A DNA stretch of 64,000 nucleotides from positions 992,001 to 1,056,000 of the forward strand of contig JBHGNT010000003.1 in NCBI GenBank assembly GCA_043228905.1, given 5' to 3'. Of the stretch, positions 58,393-64,000 are shown piece by piece (the stretch's first letter is position 1; each line of letters starts with the position of its first letter). The translations under genes and the position numbers were made by a program. Under the pieces are notes generated by a model that saw nothing but the letters and a program-made list of their open reading frames with translations, had not been told where the DNA came from and searched no databases. The stretch comes from Azolla caroliniana. Lineage: Eukaryota; Plantae; Polypodiophyta.

Positions 58393-60920
58393 TAAACGTT
58401 TTAGATAATCAATTAAAGACCACTACAACATCATTGACTTAATGAAAAAAATTACATATAAACTAAACACATGATTAGATGGGAGAAGAGAGAATAGAAA
58501 GAAAAATTATGGAAAGAGTTACCGAAGTTCTTTATTGATCGTTGTCTGGATCAAGGCCAACCGCACAACGATCGATCAGCATCAATCAAAAGACAAATGA
58601 AAAACAAAGAAACATTAGTACAAAAATCTGATACCAAATATTATAGATCTTGGTACTAACGTAAGCTTAAGATAAGGATAATGAAAAGATAGATAGAAAG
58701 GAGAAAGAGAAAGAAGGGTGCCGATCCACCCGACCACCCCCGAGCGAAGGGATCGAGACGGACTCGAGCCTCGATCGGCGTCCCATACCACCGCCGTGGC
58801 GTCGAGTCGTACCTGGTGCTGGCGCGCTCGCTACAAGAGTTGACCCACCACACGAGCAGAGTCTCGATGTAGTCAAAAGATGATCAAATGAGGGTAGCTA
58901 GGCCTCTTATTTATAGCGATACCCAAGGCCCCCAGGCAAGTTCACACTTGACCTAATGGGTTGTCTCAATCCCGAGGATTAAAAGTAATCCTCCCCTTCT
59001 TTACACTCTCGTTTAACCCTCACACTTATCCACGTGTATAGAATACTACGGTAAATTCTTACCACGGGATATTATATGGTCATGCCCGTAACACATGTCC
59101 TCTTGTAAGTCTATCCTTCGTTGCTTGTGTCATCGAAAATTTACCTGAGCGGGCACTGAAAGTGACTCCGAGATAGACATATGATCCAACCACCTCAATT
59201 GGGCTATGGCAGATAGTTAGGTGACACTTAGCTCTAACTTGGGCTGACGTGTGGAAGATAAGGACTTTAGTTTTCCCTAGATTCACTACCAATCCTCGTT
59301 GTGTGCAAAAGTCATCTAAGGCATTAAGGTGCCTTTGTAGGTCGTGTTCGGATTCAGAGAGCAAAACTATGTCGTCTGCATAGAGCAAGATACGCACCTG
59401 CGTATCCCCAAGGACTACTCCATTGCCTCCCTTACGAGCAATAAAATCTGTGATCTCATCAATGTAGATCCCAAAAAGAGTCGGAGATAAGGGGCAACCT
59501 TGTTTTACACCAATAGTGCTAGTGAAACTATCGGATATGCCGCCTGGGCATCGAACACACCCGGACACTTGTTCATATAGTGCGTAGATGGACCAAACCA
59601 TGTCATCTGGTATCCTCAAGCTCTTAAGCCTATCAAACAACCGCTCTCTAGGGACCGTGTCAAAGGCTTTGCGGAAGTCCACAAAACAACAATATAGTTT
59701 CTTCTTGCGAGCCTTAGTCTAGTCAATTAAGCATCTAAGTGTGAAGATATGGTCAATAGTGGAGAAGGCTCATCTAAAGCCAGCCTGTTCAGGTGCACGA
59801 AGATTTAAGGTCTCCATATACTCGCTAAGCTCTGCCTCCATTACTGCACCATATAATTTAGCAAGGGTATGACCTATCATAATGGTCCTATAAGTATTTG
59901 GGTCCATGGGGTCCCCCCCTTTATGTATGGGGGCCACTGTGTTCATGGTCCATTGTGATGGAAAACCCTCTGCGAGGGCACGATTGAAGATTAGAGTTAG
60001 CAAGGGAGCTAGGCACTCTCTCGCGTATATGATGTGTTCTGCTCGCAATCCTGTGTGGTCCATGGACTTCCTATGTTGTAATTTCTTTATGACCTTCGTG
60101 ACCCTAGAGGTCGTGAAGAGTGTCCCCACAGTAGGTTGGGGTGTAGAAGGCATTGGAATGGGTGGTTGGTTTGGGATGTGGTAAAGTCTCTTTGTATAAG
60201 TGTGCCAAGTTTCGGGATCTTCGATGGGTGTTTGTGGTCTTGGTTCCCGTAATCTCTTCCATGCAGTGGCACAATCGCTACTCATGAGCATGTGGTAGAG
60301 TTCCCAATATTGGGATGCCTCCCATGCTCATCTCTTACGACGTGTCATCTTGCGCATTTCTTTACGAGCTTGTATTGAGGTAATACTACCACTGAGTTGC
60401 GATATTGTAAGTTGTCGATGTAAGCACCTACAATCCTCATCATACCATCTATTATGTCATCCGATAGAGGTTCATATGGGGAAGGCCCATGTGGCACTCC
60501 GTCATCAACTAATCTCGCCTCGCCAGCCAGATTATAACGAGAGCCTTTCGGGGGGAAGTAACAAATGGCGAAAATTACTGCCTTGTCCTTGCTTGTGGAG
60601 ACTTTCACCCACATAAAACGAGCTTCTGGGTCTGTGCTCAGTATTTCTATCCTATTATGTAGCTCCCTCTGAAACAATATTGCGACACCTCCAGATCCCC
60701 TAGTAGTGCATCGACGTGAGGTTTGTCTAAAAGCCGACTCCCAACGAAATCCTTCGACTTGTGGGAGTCCCCTATTTGGGCTTTGGTGTGTTTCTACTAG
60801 GCAAACTATATCTGATTCCTTTAATATCCCCTCTAGGCGGCCGGGGTGTGTCCAGAGTGCGCTGTTACAATTCCATAAGGTCATCCTAAGTGTGTTTTCT
60901 GTCACATGGGCCACACGCCG

Positions 60921-61667
60921 TCAATTAGTAGTGCAATCATTTATGATCACTCGCCCATCTTGATAAAAGGCGTGATGCCCATCTTTGCGAGTTTGCATAA
61001 CCTTTGGCATACAACTCTTGTGATGCTCAATTTGCATCTTGGTGAGGTCTTCATCGAGATAGATAGGGTCCCCATCCAATCCTCGAAGAATTGGTCTCTT
61101 CTTAAAGAAAGTGATTCTAGAGTCTAAGTATTTAAATTGAAGAACTAAGGCTCTCTTCCTAGTTGTGTCGCGTCCGGCCCACCAAGCTTTGGTGATAGGT
61201 AGGGTCGTTGTGTACCCTAACATTTTCCCGAGTATTTGTGCATCCTCGTCCGGGGATGCACCTTCCTTGAGCCCAGTGACACGCACATTTAGGCGTCGGG
61301 CCTGACGCATTTTCTCCTCTTCGAGGGTGGTATTAACAATATTTTCATCCTTTATTTCTTTTTTAATGTTTCTTTTAACCACATCTACCCAACCCGTTTT
61401 TGCTAACTCTATGTTATTTTTAACCTCCTCTTTAACTTTTTTGATCTCATCTTTTATATCCTCTATGGAGGATATTTCACCGTCCTCTCGGGATACCTTG
61501 ATGTCATTAAGTTGTTGTTTGAGGTTTGTGTTTTCCTCTTTAAGTTTTTCTATTTCGGCCTTGAGGGTGTCTTTTTCCTCTCTATCTTTTTTCTTGTGGG
61601 TTTCGGCGTCTTTCACCCATTTTTTCATATCCGTCTCTATTTTTGTTAAACGGTTAAACATATCCAA
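60921..61667 (-). CDS. LINE ORF1 (coiled-coil + RRM-like nucleic-acid-binding protein), probably 5'-truncated
   Basis: 248-aa open frame, Lys/Glu heptad-rich N-half, ending a few bp before the ORF2 ATG at 60914. Confidence 0.75.
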   Translation of the reverse strand: MDMFNRLTKIETDMKKWVKDAETHKKKDREEKDTLKAEIEKLKEENTNLKQQLNDIKVSREDGEISSIEDIKDEIKKVKEEVKNNIELAKTGWVDVVKRNIKKEIKDENIVNTTLEEEKMRQARRLNVRVTGLKEGASPDEDAQILGKMLGYTTTLPITKAWWAGRDTTRKRALVLQFKYLDSRITFFKKRPILRGLDGDPIYLDEDLTKMQIEHHKSCMPKVMQTRKDGHHAFYQDGRVIINDCTTN

Positions 61668-61704
61668 AAAGTCCTCCTTACTTATAGCCTCGTCTTGTGT
61701 AGAG

Positions 61705-62055
61705 AATTTATTATGTCTTCAAAAGTGAAATATGGATATGAGACCATAAAAGATCTAACATTTTCACGAATACATGTAGAAGTGAGGAGCAACCCATAAT
61801 GTTCAAAAACTTTACAAATGAATGTCACAATTTAGAGTGTATTTTGACAATGAGACATTCATGCAAGAATTGGGTTTGTCAAAGATATGTGGAAAGTATA
61901 GTTAAATGCTATCAAAGGCAGAGTATTTATCAAAGTGTGATAGTCTACTTGATTAGGGCAAAATGTGCATAGTCGCCTAATATCATCAATTGTGTCCCAA
62001 CGTCTTATCTCACATCGAATTGAGTGTGAACTAAGTTGTCTTGAAGCAATCATTC
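61705..62055 (-). mobile_element. Second, more decayed 3' fragment of LINE family B
   Basis: RQLSSHSIRCEIRRWDT....RLCTFCPNQVDYHTLI; nucleotide similarity to 50200-50550 (tttacaaatgaatgt, atcaaaggcagag, atcaaagtgtgata, ttagggcaaa). Confidence 0.75.
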
Positions 62056-64000
62056 AAACGACAAACAATGAGATGGGATCTAATGTCATGTATTGATATA
62101 TTCAGTTTCCCCATTCGCCAAACAATATGGTTTTGTGCAAAGCTTAAACCTCACGAACTCTCACTCTCACCTCATTAAGATGACCATAATTAAACAAGCT
62201 TAAATGTTAAGTACACACACACATGAAGGCACAAGATTACACAAAGTAATACTCACACCTCAGTTAAGAAGGGAAGTCACACAACACATACAAAAGAGGA
62301 GTGATTAGGGTTTGACTAATTAACACTTAACTCACAAAAGAGTATATGGGAATGTGGGGGAGAGAGAGCCCAAGCTTAGATTATGAGAGGACAAGAAAAC
62401 CAAAGAACCAAGAAGAAGCTAAAAAGTCGACCAAAATAACTTTTATAGCTTTTTACAAGGGGCTTGTCTCATTACGAAAATCAAGTCTTTTATAGCTTTT
62501 TACAAAGGGCTTGTCTCCTTTTACATCGAGGTAGTCATTTGTGGCCTAAAGTTCTAGGAACAATTTTGTGTGATCCCCCTTTTTCTTAGTATTACACTTA
62601 GTTTAGTACCCATGCCATTGTCGATGTCGATGTTGATGTCTTCGTGGGTCAACAATTGTATGATCAATAATAGTCCAAGATTGTGTCGATATGTGGCTTC
62701 TCACCCCCTGGTTAATCGACGATCAAGATCGCGTGATATAATAATGTAGCCATTCCCGTGGGGCCAAAGCATAAAAAGCTTCTTCGATTCATCGCTTTGG
62801 GTCCCCCTATCTTTTAGATTTCCAGTTCTCGTGGTTCTATCACTACATACCTTCTTACTTACATAAGCTCATGGAAATCCATTTCGGGCAATGTTTGGGT
62901 AATCATTGACTTTTGATGTATCCACAATCATTGCCTCCATGTGGATATCCAAAGAACTATTTCTTTAGATGAAGATTTATAAACATTCAAGGAACTATCT
63001 CTTAAGATGAAGAGTTTGTAGAAATTCAGAAACAGGGAGAGAGAGAGAGAGAGGAGAAAGATGAATTTGATTGATTTAGAATTGTTATGGCTCTTCTCTA
63101 CTAAATTATAGTGAGGCGTGTATTGTTGTTCTTATAGGACAAATGTGTCATTTTGTTTACAACATATGTAGTTGGTCATATGACTCTTCATATCATATAA
63201 CTGTTTTATTTATTTATTTAATTTGTATTATTTTCCTTACATTTTCTAACAGAGTTATATACATACATTCAAGGAACTATTTCTTCAAATGAAGAGTTAT
63301 ATACATTCAAGGCACTTTCTGGCTCCAGGTGTTGGCTAGATGGTATAGATATTGCATACATCTAAAGGTATTTCCCTTTCATGATCTGACATCTTTAAAT
63401 GAATGGTTTGGCTATGGTGAAGAAGAGGAAGAAGTTGATTTTTTTCTCTAACATTGTGAGACATAAAGGCGTTTATCACCTTGTTTGGTGAGAGGTTGGC
63501 TATATAACATGTGTCCTTCCAAGTGTTGAGAAGAGCAGAGTAATTCAGAAGAATCAAGCATATTTTAGTACCAGCATAAGGATCCAACATATTTTAGTAC
63601 CAGTCTTATTATTGTTACCGGAGAAGAAGAAGGAAAGGGAGAATTACCACTAGTCCAAGCTTGGCTATGGCGTGTTTGACCACCACCATTCCTGTAGAGC
63701 TCGCAGTACATGAATCCATTTCCACTCTTTAAATGTTGTTCCAAATTTGCAACGGTAGTAACAAGAGTAGCATTTGGCATTTAGAACCACCCAAGATTGA
63801 CTTCGTGTATTTATTCCTATGCATTGGGATTCAACATCGAGCACAAAATCGTGATTGGGTTTTTTGAACAAGTGGTCTCGGCAAGCGAATACTATCTAAT
63901 CGTTTGAAATCTCTCTAAACCTTTTGCCTTCTTAGCTTCCTTAGCCAGTTTGAAGTAATCACCATACCTATATATAGTTAATTGGAACTCATATAGTGTC

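Larger units (their letters stand above)
52076..59093 (-). mobile_element. Young, full-length Ty3/gypsy chromovirus (7018 bp); LTRs 59093-58639 (5') and 52530-52076 (3'), 455 bp
   Basis: TSD CATGT at 52071-52075 and 59094-59098. The LTRs differ at one position by eye (ggtgttggc vs ggtgctggc). PBS TGGTATCAGA (tRNA-iMet-like) 2 nt after the 5' LTR; PPT aagagggggag. Confidence 0.97.
50571..61700 (-). mobile_element. RTE-X-like non-LTR retrotransposon (LINE, family A): ORF1 + APE-RT-CCHC ORF2, defective, interrupted by a gypsy element; (TTTC)n(TC)n tail
   Basis: ORF1 60921-61667 (coiled coil, RRLNVRVTGLKE...IYLDEDLT). APE endonuclease LWNCNS, DIVCLVETH, GSGGVAIL, ICYFPP. RT motifs YRTIMI, EQAGFR, DFRKAFDTV, GVKQGCPLSPTLF, LLYADDIV. 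C-terminal QLRISSHQLEIENGR...RICRLC..EDKYHFTCKCP. Stop at 50791; tail 50565-50637. Confidence 0.88.

Overview
Eukaryotic, AT-rich land-plant genomic DNA. A fern or other seed-free plant is my inference from the PPR and TE types; the sequence alone does not prove it. Host genes: an intronless DUF641/GIL1-IRKI-family gene (-) with a dense ACGTGG (G-box/ABRE) cluster upstream, a PLS-E class PPR gene (+), a three-exon UPL5-type ubiquitin-like + HECT E3 ligase (-), and a two-exon At4g10955-like class-3 lipase (+) followed by a tandem-duplicated promoter and exon 1. The right half is a nest of retroelements whose ends can be read directly: a small non-autonomous LTR element with a tRNA-Ala PBS, two internally deleted Ty1/copia elements with exact 5-bp TSDs, and a head-to-tail stack of RTE-X-like LINEs ending in (TC)n tails. 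A very young chromodomain Ty3/gypsy element with an uninterrupted ORF and non-canonical TG...TA termini sits inside one LINE, and a related solo LTR lies in a UPL5 intron. The most unusual signals are a 3'-terminal stem-loop with compensatory changes shared by two LINE families, the TG...TA chromovirus, and a five-unit hairpin array in its 5' leader. All comparisons were made by eye.
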